64,000 nucleotides of DNA from the human T2T-CHM13v2.0 reference genome, Homo sapiens, in the NCBI RefSeq assembly GCF_009914755.1, contig NC_060931.1. The stretch is one strand, 5' to 3'. The translations under genes were made by a program, and so were the position numbers. Positions 28,231-41,630 of this stretch are shown piece after piece (within the stretch, counting starts at the first letter, position 1; every line of letters starts with the position of its first letter). A model generated the notes under the pieces. It saw only the letters and a program-made list of their open reading frames with translations, ran no database searches and was not told the DNA's origin.

Positions 28231-29581
28231 TTTAAAGCTAGCTTTGAAACTAAAGCAAGATGTAAATACCCACACACTTCATCCTCTTCCCCAGAGGTAG
28301 AAAATATATTTTATGTGAGATAGAGGGGAAAGATTCTCAGAATAGAGATATATTTTTTGCCTTATGCTTCATGTAATAGAAAAATGAACACAATTCTCAC
28401 AACCATCAGGATTTCCGTGAGGATCTTTATCAGGGTTTCTAAGAATTTATACACATATATACATTTTTTCCTTTGGGAACTGGCCTGCAATATCCAACAT
28501 TTAAGTCAGCCTGGAGCCCAAAATTAAAGCTGTGTTTGTTCTTATTTGTTCTCTTCCCCTTGCCTCTAGTATGATATGTCTGAATGGTGTAAAGCAAATA
28601 ATAATATTTCATAGAATTTGATTAGGATTTATTATATATTCCTACTTTAATCCCAGCCCAATGATTAACATTTCAAAGATAGAGAAATTGTCATCATAAA
28701 TTAATCTGGCTTTGGTGTCCACTGTATTTATCTAAGGAGAACAGATAAGTTTCAGAGAGAAATCCTGGAGCAGCTGGATGATATACACAATTCTAGCTTG
28801 GCTTTATTTGTGTTTGGTTTGGTTTAATTTTATTTGTTTATAAAGCACGGAGGAAAAATAAAATACTTGAAACCTCATTAGGAATGTTTCAAGGGCTCTG
28901 AATTATGAATAGAAATGAGAGCATCACAAAAATCTAATTCCAAATTTTTAAACTCTTTCTGGAATGATGCCATTCAAGTATGGGAATCATGTTGACAGTG
29001 TTTTTTTAACCCTTATTTTATGCCAGTCTGGCATAATACATGTCACAAAAGATGTGTTAAATTTATTATGTAAAACCAAAAAAAAAATGCGTGAATGAAA
29101 AAGTGAAGTCAAATATAAAGTGTAAGGTGACATACATATGATGGTCTGAACAATATATCAAAAAGCCTTTAATGTTTTATTGGTTTGGGGGGGATAGATA
29201 AAAGTACAATATTTAAATCAAATAATTATATAAGAAGCAGAAGCTGGCATATTTTTATGCTATCATTGTTAGTTATTTTTAGTTATTTGGTATTTAAGTA
29301 CTATATAATAAATGGGGAAATGCCATTCTAAAAGCTATGTTGCTGGAATCTTGGAAGACTAAATCTACAACTCATAGATAAGAACTCCCATTAAAGGAAC
29401 AGGAAATTATCAGGAATCACATCTTGTCACCAAGCAAGATGATAGAGTATGTTTAATAATACAAAAAGCCAAAAAAAAATCTGGTGGAAAGAAGGATCTT
29501 TATTGCAGAGAAATTATAAGGCATTTGCAAAGAGAAGTGATTTCTTATTCTCAAATACAAAAGTTTGAGATTAAAAACACA

Positions 29582-29935
29582 CTGTCATCCCTCAAGATTC
29601 GTGGGATATTGATTCCAAGATCCTTCTTGGATACCAAAATCTGCTGATACTCAAGTCTCCTATATAATGTGATGTTGTATTTGCATATAACCTACTCACC
29701 TCTTCCCCTATACATTTTTTTCTTCTATAAACTTTAAATCATATCCAGATTACTTATAAAACCTAACACAATGCCTACACATAATTTCATTCCCTTGGAT
29801 TCAGCATACAAATTAGTGGGCAGCAAATTTAAGTTTTGCTTTGTGAAACTTCAGATATTTTTTTTCCCAGATATTTTTGATCTATAGTTGGTTGAGTCCA
29901 CAGGTGTGGAGCTCACGGATACAGAGGGCTAATTG
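29582..29935. mobile_element. MER2/MER2B (TcMar-Tigger)
   Basis: GATACCAAAATCTGCTGATACTCAAGTC..GTATTTGCATATAACCTA..GGATACAGAGGGCTAATTG|TA. Confidence 0.85.
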
Positions 29936-30111
29936 TACATACAAAGAAAAACCAATTGGTATAAATAGATAATTCAATCTTTCTTATCCAATCGACTTTA
30001 TATTTGTATGACATCTTACAGTTCTTTAATGAGATATATACACATATGTATACATATATGTATTTTTACACATACATACAATCACATTTCACTTTTACTA
30101 GTAAAAATCCT

Positions 30112-30497
<386 letters not shown>

Positions 30498-30881
30498 CTA
30501 GCCTAATAGCAGGTATCACAGATAAAAGAAATGGAGAAATAAGACACAAGCACCAGTCTTCCGTTTACAAATATATCTTTCAGGAAAAATGTACAATAAA
30601 ATCTCCAGATATGTTTTGATGATGACAAAGCAGAAGACTCCAGTGAATGGATGCAGGCTACAAAAGGATGCTGCAGATTTGTGGGGATACTCAAAGGAGT
30701 AGCAAATTTAATATGAACAATTCAAGGGAGTAGCTTCAGGAATAGAAAGTCTAAAAGAAAGAATGTTGGTACAGCAATTAGGAGGAAGTAAGTGAACCGG
30801 AAAAACATAGTTCATTCCTCCAGAGAATGGGCTCATCTTTCCGTATACCACAGTATCAACATGAGATGGTCACAGTTCTAG

Positions 30882-31289
<408 letters not shown>

Positions 31290-32583
31290 TCTGTCAGTCT
31301 TTCTAATAATCCCTGTTTCTAACTATCTGTAAATATATCTATCTGTAGATGTGCTGTTAGCAACCTGGTTAAAAAGCAATTTAATACCAGTAATGCAAAA
31401 TACAATGCCTTGATCAATTTAGAAGCAAAATCTTGTATCTATAAATATATTTTTCTGATATTTAGATAACAGAATTTCATGAAAATCTTAAGAATCAATT
31501 TTTTCAAGTACCTTATTATTTAAATATTATTTATTTATCCTAATGCTTTAGTGTCATTGATATTGTTTCACTTACCTATATATCTGCTAATTTATTGTTT
31601 TCTGATCTTGTAGTTATATATGAAATAACCAGGCTCAGTCCTGGATATACAACATAGGAGAAGTACCCTTCCTATTATTTCCTAACAGCCTAATTCATTT
31701 GACCAACTCCCTGCCTCATCTCCCTATCAATTTTCAGCAGTCTTTCAACTGGGAGTGCACCCTGTCCCTAACATGCCAGCCCACTCCACACTAGCTTTGG
31801 GTTTTATTCTCTCAAACACCCACTGCCTAGTAGGTGTAAACAATTTCAACCAATGAACAAAAGTTAATCAAATTATCTCTTCTATGGTCAGAGATCACAA
31901 TGACAATCTATTTAAAGGTATGGAAACTTGATCAGCAAAGTAGGTTCTAGGAAATGAAGATTAAAAATAAACATGGAAAAAATGAATAAGTAAAAATTTG
32001 AATTTAAAATCACAAGTGTCAGAAACAGCTACTAAGTATCACTATTAATGATGATCATTAATTAACCCTCCCTGAGATCTGTGAGAATTCTCTGTCATCA
32101 TATCTTGTTTTCCTTTTCACTTACAAAACAACTTATATTTTTTACTATTCATCTTAATATGACTTGTTTTAGTGTTCTGTTTTGAGCTTTCAGTGTGGAC
32201 ACTGATGGCACTCACAGTTTACTAAGCAGGAAATGGTTAACATCATCTAGTTCAAGGACTCTCATATTTGAGTTCTTCTAATAATCCAGATAAGATTTCT
32301 ACTAACGTCCTTAGCTGAGAGTAAATACACATTTCTATAAGATACTTGTTTTTAAAAGGAAACAATGTTTATATAGTTAACTGGGTTACTGAAACACAAA
32401 AATGAGATAAAACGAAAAATTAGTTCAAACCTCCTTCCTTGGAGCACCCCCAGGTTTCTTTGCAGTTAGGGTAGACTCATGAGAAGATATAGTTCTCTTC
32501 TCAGTACAATACATCTCACAGGAACTGTTAAAACAAGTAGCTCTTCTGAATATAGTTAGAAACTTTGAAAAAAATTAGTTAAA

Positions 32584-32916
32584 TCAGTCGCAGTAACATC
32601 AGATAATGTCTCTAATTATATATGTGCGGTGTGTACATGTGTGTGTGCATGTATGTGTGTGTGTGTAGATTTTTTTTGTTGTGGGTAACAGTGCTATATA
32701 AACATTTATATTGCTTAGTATTTGAGAAACTTTCAGGTGATTTTAAGCTTTTAAACAGGTTAAGCTTTTAACTTAGTTAAATTTTTTTAGAACTTTAGAA
32801 ACTTTTTAAAATAATATTTTATTTTTCTAACATTTACAATAAAATAAATGAACAGGAAACACAAAATGAAACCATTTGCACAATAAAAGGTATTAACAGG
32901 AAACACAAAATAACAA
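32584..32916 (+). repeat. Left arm of inverted duplication (pairs with 34728-35006)
   Basis: About 90% identical (by eye) to the reverse complement of 34728-35006. Confidence 0.93.
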
Positions 32917-32974
32917 CAAATCTTAAAATGTTATGTCAAAATTTAAAATGTCTTAATAAACAGTGGTAATATTA

Positions 32975-33376
<402 letters not shown>

Positions 33377-33617
33377 TTATCATCACTGTAAGTGCTAACA
33401 TCAAATTTTCAGTCACAGACTTTGTGATATTATAAATCGTAGGGAATATTTGCCATAATGGACTGAGAAAAATCAGAAAACAATGACATTAAAGAAGATA
33501 CTGAGCTTTTATAGTAGACTTACAGTGCTTCCATTCACTTCCACCATGTCAGAGGCTATTGGACTTCTCAATTAAGATTCAGGGGCTACGATTAACATTA
33601 GCATCTAATAGTCTAAC

Positions 33618-34162
33618 ACTGTGATTCCAAAACTATGTGCAAGACACTCTGGAGTAATACAGTGAACTCATCAGGAATGCTGTAAGATATTTTAAAATTT
33701 CAAGATAAACACAACAATACTCACTATTTATCAGACACTGTATTAACCACTAGTCAAGCTATTTCTTAATTTTAACATTCAAGGGGGTTACATTCAAGGG
33801 GTCATAGCCATGTGAAGTTGGGTTCTTAGTAAAGCAAGTATCCCCAAAAGTCCTCATGGAACAGGTACTAAGGATCTCAGTGTTCAATCTGATTCCAAGG
33901 TTTGAGAAGTTGTACGGTGCCCAACACATACGCACTCACCATTAGTAAGTAATTCATATGTAATTTAAGAATATTTAAATTTAAAACATGTAAAACTTTT
34001 TTTTGTTTTAATTTATGTTGTCAGGACATAAATACTTATTTAGTTGTTTGGCCTTAACTGTAATAGTCAGAATTCTTGGTATTTGTTTGTTGGCCTAGAG
34101 GTGTGATGAAAAAAATTTTGAGCTGTTACGGTACTAAGAACTGAAAATCTTGGAAAGATATT
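33618..34162. mobile_element. Charlie4a-like hAT element
   Basis: GTGATTCCAAAACTATGTG..GTGAACTCA..GATATTTTAAAATTT..CAATCTGATTCCAAGGTTTGAGAAGTTG..CCATTAGTAAGTAATT. Confidence 0.7.
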
Positions 34163-34186
34163 TCTGTTCTAAATACTTTTCTAGAA

Positions 34187-34187
<1 letters not shown>

Positions 34188-34223
<36 letters not shown>

Positions 34224-34319
34224 ACACACACACATATATTTACAGGGATATATATATATACACACACACACATATATTTACAGGGATATATATATACACA
34301 CACACATATATTTACAGGG

Positions 34320-34350
<31 letters not shown>

Positions 34351-34398
34351 TATATTTACAGGGATATATATATTATATATATAGAATATATATATATT
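34188..34398. repeat. Compound minisatellite [(TA)n(CA)nTATATTTACAGGGA]x4
   Basis: Core TACAGGGA at 34241, 34279, 34313 and 34357. Confidence 0.93.
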
Positions 34399-34727
34399 CT
34401 GTAAATAGAATCACTTCCCAAATCAAACCTGAAACCTGAAGGAGAATTTGTGTATGCAATGTACTAATCAATTTACTGCTTACATCTTAATGTTCATTTT
34501 AACTCCTTTACTCTTCAGTATCTTCTAGCTTTTGCTACATTTATACCTAGAAGATTATAGTCATCGCAGCTTTTCTATATTTCAGTTCTCTGAGTTTATG
34601 TATAAAGTAATGAAGTAGGTAAGACCTGGCATAACAATGCCCTTATTGTGGTGCCACAATTAAGCCACACTGGAAAGGATCCAAAGATGACTTTCTTTAC
34701 ATTGAATTCCCTCTGTGGTGAATGGTG

Positions 34728-35006
34728 AATGGTGTTATTTTGTGTTTCCTGTTAATTCCTTTTATTGTAAATGTTAGACAAACAAAATAATATTTTAAAA
34801 CAATGTTTCTAAAGTTCTAAAGCAATTTAACTCAGTTAAAAGCTTAACCTATTTAAAAGCTTAATATCACCTGAAAGTTTCTCAAATACTAAGCAATATA
34901 AATTTTAAACAGCACTGTTACCTACAATAAAAAAAATCCACACACACACACACACACACACCGCACATATATAATTAGAGACGTTATCTGATATTACTGA
35001 GACTGA
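34728..35006 (-). repeat. Right arm of inverted duplication (pairs with 32584-32916)
   Basis: Reverse complement matches the left arm, including the TG/CA tract. Confidence 0.93.
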
Positions 35007-35419
35007 AAGTCTAGTAAAACTATGTAAAAAAAATTGCTGCAAAAACCCTATGTAAACCTGAATAGAGAAAGTGTTGTCAACCCAAGAAAATGGTCCATTT
35101 TCTCATTCCTTAATTTGGGCTTGTATAGTCTGTCCTCATTTCTTTTTTCATTCTTCACTTTGGAAATCTTCAAAATAAACCAGGTAAACATCTCCAAGTT
35201 TATACATGTATAGAAGATTTCTGGAAATTTTTCCCAACCCCAAATTAAAACAAAGCAAACAAAAACAGTGTGATACTCTTAAAAAACAGTAGCAGATTAT
35301 TTTCAAAATCAGTTCCAGAAAGAATATAGTTCTTAATCAGAACTAGGGAGTTCTTAATCAGAACTAGGGATTAGACAATATATATTTCTATGCTGGTTAA
35401 AATAGAGCACCGTAGTTGA

Positions 35420-35469
35420 TGTGTGTATGCATGTGTGTATGCGTGTGTGTGTGTGTGTGTGTGTGTGTG
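35420..35469. repeat. (TG)n microsatellite
   Basis: Seen directly. Confidence 0.9.
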
Positions 35470-36863
35470 ATCAAGGTATGCAATTCTCAGTATATTATAG
35501 TGTATTTAGTACTATTTCTTTCATATTCTCAAAGCATCTTGTACTGGTAGAGCTTTTTGTGGTAATATTTTCTGTTTAGTTCATCACATTGACCTGAAGT
35601 AGAACTTAAACTATTATATTAGAAGAAAATTTTAAATTCCTATTTTAAAATTCCAAATTTTAGACTGTCTGTAAAAAAAAGTTTTTTGACCTTACTTTGA
35701 TAAAAATAATGAAAAAGTCCACAAAACTTTTTTGCAAAGAACATCTCTTACAATTGTATTATATACCTTGAGATGCTTTCTTTATTTTCTAATTATAGAA
35801 TAGTTCATTATCTTATAGCTTCTTGACTGAATATATGAAAAAATTGTTTAAATTTCATAATCTTTGATTTCATAACCACTGTACAATTTTGTCTCCCTTT
35901 GATTTATTAACCATTTATCTCTTCCTTGTCTTGTTTTTATGTTTTATTTTATACCTATCTTTACTTGTAGGACAATATTTCTTTGTTCAGAGTGAGGGTT
36001 CTTTAATCTTTGGTTTTGATTATTTCAAGTACCTGTTAAACAAATTTTACGGTAATGTGTAAATAAGTAATGAATGAATTACCTCTTACTGATTGTTAGA
36101 ATAAGCCAAAGATGCATGTAAAAGAATCACTGTGGGCCATAAGCAAATAAAAGAGGTATCAATATTTACAATTAAATTTGATCTCCGATCACCAAATTAA
36201 ATTATATGGTAGTCAAAAGACATCATTGTTCTTGCCCTAAAATTAATAGTTTATAATCTGAGGACAACACTATGTCTGATTTGTGGAAGAAGACAAGTTA
36301 ACTACGATGAAAGTGATCTCAGGCTAAGTGCCTAAAATGTTAATCACAATCTTATAGTAAAAGAAAAATGAGAGCTATTAATTATGCCTATCAAACAATG
36401 AAACAACACAACAATAACAGAATATGATGTTGATTTTTTGCATAGTAATAACTAAAAATAATAGAGCATTGCCAAGATTACATACAAGCAATGTGTCTTC
36501 AAACATAGATGAATAATCTCATCAAAATAATTTATATTGAAAGAGTATATTTTAGAAAACAAATAAAAACATGTATTAGGATTAGAAACTGATAAATTAC
36601 TTGGTGCTTACATGGTGTATTTTGTTATTCTATACAACAAATAAAATAGTAGAAGGGACTACCATAATTGTTCATCTTTAGTTCTGGAGCTAAAGCAAAA
36701 GTAGTCACTGATGCAAGTCAAAGTCAAGTCTAGCAGCGTAAGGAACTGGGACACTGTGACATGTTCAAATCAAGCAATCACAAGAAAGCTATGCCTGCTA
36801 ATTCTGAGAGAGGTAAATAACTATTTGCAGATGATTCCTAACCTAATGGCAATGTTATAATGT

Positions 36864-37099
36864 ATATTCATCCCTTGATACACACCAAAGATTGGTTCCA
36901 GGAACTCTGCCATTCTCATATGCCAACGTGTGCAAAATTTCCCACAGTCCTCCCTGCAGAGCCCTACTATACAAAAAGACTGCCTTTGGTATAAGCAGGT
37001 TTTGCATCCTGAGAATACTGTATCTGTTTGTTTGAAAAAATAAACTCTAATATAAGTGAACCCACCCAGTTTAAACTCATGTTGTTAAAGGGTCAACTG
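36864..37099. mobile_element. MER8 (TcMar-Tigger2 derivative)
   Basis: GATTGGTTCCAGGA..GAGAATACTGTAT..CATGTTGTTAAAGGGTCAACTG|TA terminus. Confidence 0.8.
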
Positions 37100-37372
37100 T
37101 ATATAACTAACAGGACTCAAAGAATTACAATTACTTTACGCTATTTTTGTTTCAAGAGTCATTAAGATGATACAGCAGAGACCCAATCATTATTTGAATT
37201 CCAACATCTTGGAGTGATCATGTCTAGAAATAACATTGTATGTAGTATGGACATAGATTATCCAAAGTTTGCCTTAACAAACTGTCATGTAGAGTGCTTC
37301 CTCTCCAATCACATCAGCCCAAGGACAGTGCATTAGAATTATTCAGAGAAACAGAACAAGTAGGAGAAATGC

Positions 37373-37418
<46 letters not shown>
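37373..37418. repeat. (ATCT)11 tetranucleotide STR within the MLT2
   Basis: Seen directly. Confidence 0.97.
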
Positions 37419-37445
37419 TGAGGTTTATTTAAGAGATTGGCTCAC

Positions 37446-37577
37446 ATAATTATTGAGGCTGATGAGTCCCAAGATCTGCAGTTGGTAAGGTGAAGATCCA
37501 GGAGAACCAACAGTGTATGTTCAAAAGCCTGGCAACCAGGACAGCAGATGTTATAGTTCTAGTCCAAGTGTAAAGAC
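37446..37577 (-). other. SEMA3D: Candidate non-coding 5'UTR exon of SEMA3D (132 nt), exonized from an MLT2 LTR
   Basis: Acceptor TATCTCTCCTGTTTTTCAG|GTC (AG 37579-37578) and donor TAT|GTGAGC (GT 37445-37444). No ATG in the exon. Size and ~31.7 kb distance from the coding exon agree with my recollection of the current SEMA3D model, which needs verifying. Confidence 0.75.
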
Positions 37578-39938
37578 CTGAAAAACAGGAGAGATAATAC
37601 TGTAGTTCCAGTCCAAACACCTTCAGGTTCCAGGACCAGGAAAGTCAGATGTTTCAGTTCAAGTCCAAAGGCAGAAAAATAAATATCCCAGCTCAAGACA
37701 GCCAGGCAAGAGGAAATTCCCTCCCACTTGTGGGAATGTCAAGCTTTTTGTTCTATTAGGTCTTCAACTGATTGGATGAGACCCACCAACATGACAGACG
37801 GCAATCTGCTTTACTCAGTCTACCAATTCACATGTTGATCTTATCCAAAAATGCCATCTCAGACAAATCCAGAATATTTGCCCAAATGTCTGGGCACCCC
37901 ATGGCCCAGTCAAGTGGACACATAAAATCAACCATTACAGAAACCCTTATCTGCTCCTTACTGCTTACAGTGCCTTACTGCTTGCTTCTGCTTGCCTAAC
38001 CTCCAAGCCATCATATTTCCTGTGCCTGCTAAACTAAGGAATGTTCAGACACTACAGAGAATTCCCAAGTTCCAAACTCTCCCCAAGCCCAGTTTTCTCA
38101 GGGCTGGCTAGGACATACATTTGTCAAAGCTCAGTTATTAATAACTCTTAGTGGTTGACAACATTTACCTTTCAATAGAAATCTTATTTTATTTTTTAGA
38201 AAGATGGAACAAACATGGATGTTCCCATGGAAGGGAGCCTCAGGGAAATGGGCAGCGAATCATACTCTTGGTATCCCATCAAGCCTCATGCAAATCCTAC
38301 CATGTTGTGGGGCGGGGGTTGGGGGATGTCTGTTACTTTCTCTTTCTCTGTACCAAGGCTGACCAGACATTTACTTATTAACACCTTGGAAATGAACATG
38401 TATGAAATGCACTTGCACAGTTTGTGACTTTTATTGCAAATGAAGTAATGGTCAGGATGGCAGTGATTTGAAATACAGTAGAACAGATTGTCTCCTTGTT
38501 TATAGGAAACTAGAAGTGCAGTATAAAGTGCACTTTGTAAATGTACCAGAGAGAACCATAAAACTGAGTAAGTGTATTGACTAAAATACAACACAAGGTG
38601 ATAAGTCTAGGTTGGCCCTAAATAATAGACAACCATAAAAGATAATTAGGTTTGAACACATAATCTAAAGAGAAAAGAGTAAAACCTTTTTACAAAAAAT
38701 ATGCATAAGTCTGAAAAGAATTTAGCTAAGCTCAGATGTCATTATTTTTAAAGGTATTCATTTAAAGATAAAGCATAACTTGTCTTTCTATATATAAAGA
38801 ATTGTGTCATGTTATTACTGTCATCTCCACAGTTTTTCAAATTGATTGCTTTAAAAATAATGTAATCATCTTGCATTGCAAAGTTTTTTCAAACATCTTA
38901 TTATAAAAAATTCACACATGCAGAAAAGTTGAAGTATACAGAAAGCATCTGTACACCCACACCTAGATTCTACACTTTTTTTTTTGACATTTGCTTTATT
39001 ATCACACTATGCATTCCTGCCAGTCCATCTGACTTAAAAAAAGTTTTTCAAAGCAGGACAATGATATCCATATACGTTACCCCTAAACACTCTACCAGAA
39101 TAAAAATTTTGTATTTTCTCTTGTAAGTTAAATATATATATTGCTAAGAGATAAAAATATATAACTAAATAGATGTCTTACTGTGCACTACATCTCTTGG
39201 ATGCTAGTTACTTATCCATTAGAGTTTAGTGTTTATGAGGCTATCATCTTAGTTTTAATCTCCCTGATGGGTTCATTAGTTATTTTGTTTTCCACAGGTA
39301 CATATTAAACCCCTTATAACATTTAGTCATACTGAAACTTAATGTATTTCCAACAGGGGTGTAACATGCAAAAGTACACAAATCTTAAATAGTAGACAAA
39401 TCAGGGAACAGGCCCAATAGGTGGTGTTAATTAAAGACATTTTGCAAATGATTCACTTATACATTTAGGTACTATAAAACAGCTTATTTACCTTTTAGAG
39501 ATGTCATACATACATATATTCATGTTTTATTTTAGTTATATATTTATTTCTAATGAGGGTTAGCTCTTCAACAGAATGCAAATTATAAAACATTTAATAT
39601 TGCCAGAGATAATATTTGCATTTATCATAGAGCAACAAATAATGAGCCCTTGATATCTCATGAAGTTGTGGCACCTCAGTCAACAACAATTAAATGCCGA
39701 GCTCTTGAAAATATGAATGAACAATATGACTTATGTCACACTTACACAATTCCTTTTATTTTAGCTGATGTGCTTTTAATTCCAAATGTGCACTGGCCTA
39801 TCCAATTATTAATTATTTTCATTTTTCTTCTGATAATTGTTAGTTTTATCACCTATTTGTTACATATATACATATTAGCTTAGAAATGTAGACAAAATAA
39901 TGTTTTAATTTATCTTGCATTATGCTGCAATATAAGTG

Positions 39939-40235
39939 ATTTTTTTCTTTTTTTTTGAGATGGAGTCTCGCTCTGTCACCCAGGCTAGGGTGCAGTGGCA
40001 AGATCTCGGCTCACTGCAACCTCCACCTCCTGGGTTCAAGTGATTCTCTGGCCTCAGCCTCCTGAGTAGCTGGGACTACAAGCGCGTGCCACCACACCTG
40101 GCTAACTTTTGTATTTTCAGTAGAGATGGGGTTTCACCACATTGGCTAGGATGGTCTCTATCTCCTGAACTCATGATCCACCCCTTCGGCCTTCCAAAGT
40201 GCTGGGATTACAGGCGTGAGCCACCACACCTGGCC
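39939..40235 (-). mobile_element. AluSc-like
   Basis: GGGACTACA.GCGCG and AGGATGGTCTC.ATCTC diagnostics; TSD AAGTGATT. Confidence 0.93.
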
Positions 40236-41630
40236 ACAAGTGATTCTTAAGATAATAAAGCAATCTCCAACTTCAATGTATTGCCTAGAATTCTAGAGCT
40301 TGATTCTTCCAACTTAAAGGAATAATCGAATTTTCCAGAGTATAAAGTTATAAAAATCACATTTCAGAAAAATAATATCGCTTTAAGACCTATGGTCTTA
40401 ACTACATTTTAATTTGGTATTGAAAAATTTTAAGAATTTATCCTAATTTATGAGCAAATTTCATCTCCTTATGAGTTGCTTACATTTTCCACCCAAGTCA
40501 TCATCAATAGGCCATTTATATTCATGAAATACAGAGGACACACAAAGAAAGAGAGCTGACACAGATTAAAAAGTAATCTTTTAAACAGGCTCTTTATGAA
40601 GTAAATCAACCTGTTTACCAAAAACACCACAAAATACCATTAGCATAACAGACAGTAAGAAGAAAATAGTTATATCATGCAAATATCTTATAGCCCACAG
40701 ACACTTTATGGAAATCCCCACAAGAAAAATAAAACAAAAAGTAATGGTTCTAAACATGCTTTGTTTGGAATAATGATGCCATTAACACTTGGCACTACAG
40801 TGCCCAAATGGAAGTGTGTTTGCATAATGGTTTACTCTACTCTTTATAAAGATAAACACAGAAGGTCACTGTGCAGAGTCTGACGTGCTTCAGGAATAAA
40901 TGGCACTTTGAAATACAGAATGTCTCACTGTTTCTGGCACAAGCCTACCTTTTTAGTCTGTTTAAAAAAAAATAGACCTAGGGTTTTATTCTATTTCTTG
41001 TTTTTGTAATAATAAAATTTCATCCTTATTTGCTTAGATGGATAAAGAAAGTCAATACTAAAAATGTGGCAGTTAATAAATAAATTATGTTAACAATATC
41101 AAATATGGTAACAGTTTTGATATCAATGTTAAAATATTAGCATAGTATAATAAAAATAACATGTATGAAAGATTCTGGTTATATTCAAAATATTAACCAA
41201 AAGATTTTTGTTTCTCCAAGTGAGACTAAATTCCTGGAAAGATGCTTTTATAAGTTGACAATTTGGTATGCTTAACCAGCTCCCCATTGTACATTTTATG
41301 TGTCTTTTCTTCACAGTTTGACCCTTGCCTACACTTTATGTATACTGTCTAAAATGTGCTCCCTATAATACTCTGATGTCTGAGCTTTTCGCACCATGTC
41401 CCAATATGATCTCATATTTCTCTTGTTACTTGTATTTTGCAAGGCTTATAAGTAAATAAATTGCATCAGTTTATACCGTACATACATCAACATTGTTTGG
41501 GGAGAACAAAGCAAAACAAAACAAGCCAACAAAGGCTCTGCTGGGCAGAGGTGTAGCTCTTCTCCTCAACAACACCCAACAGTCTTCACGTTTTCACTTC
41601 AGTCGCCCAAAGCACATGGATTAGTATCAT

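Larger units (their letters stand above)
37329..37939 (-). mobile_element. MLT2 (ERVL; B/C/D-type) solo LTR, same orientation as SEMA3D
   Basis: Minus strand TGTAATGGTTGATTTTATGTGTCCACTTGACTGGGCCA..GGTAGACTGAGTAAAGCAGATTGCC..GTGAGCCAAT..AATAAA..TTCTGTTTCTCTG..CTAATGCA. Confidence 0.9.

Noticed and set aside
34215-34372. Regularly spaced repeats resembling a CRISPR array
   Set aside because: The spacers are just (TA)n(CA)n; this is a eukaryotic minisatellite with no cas genes
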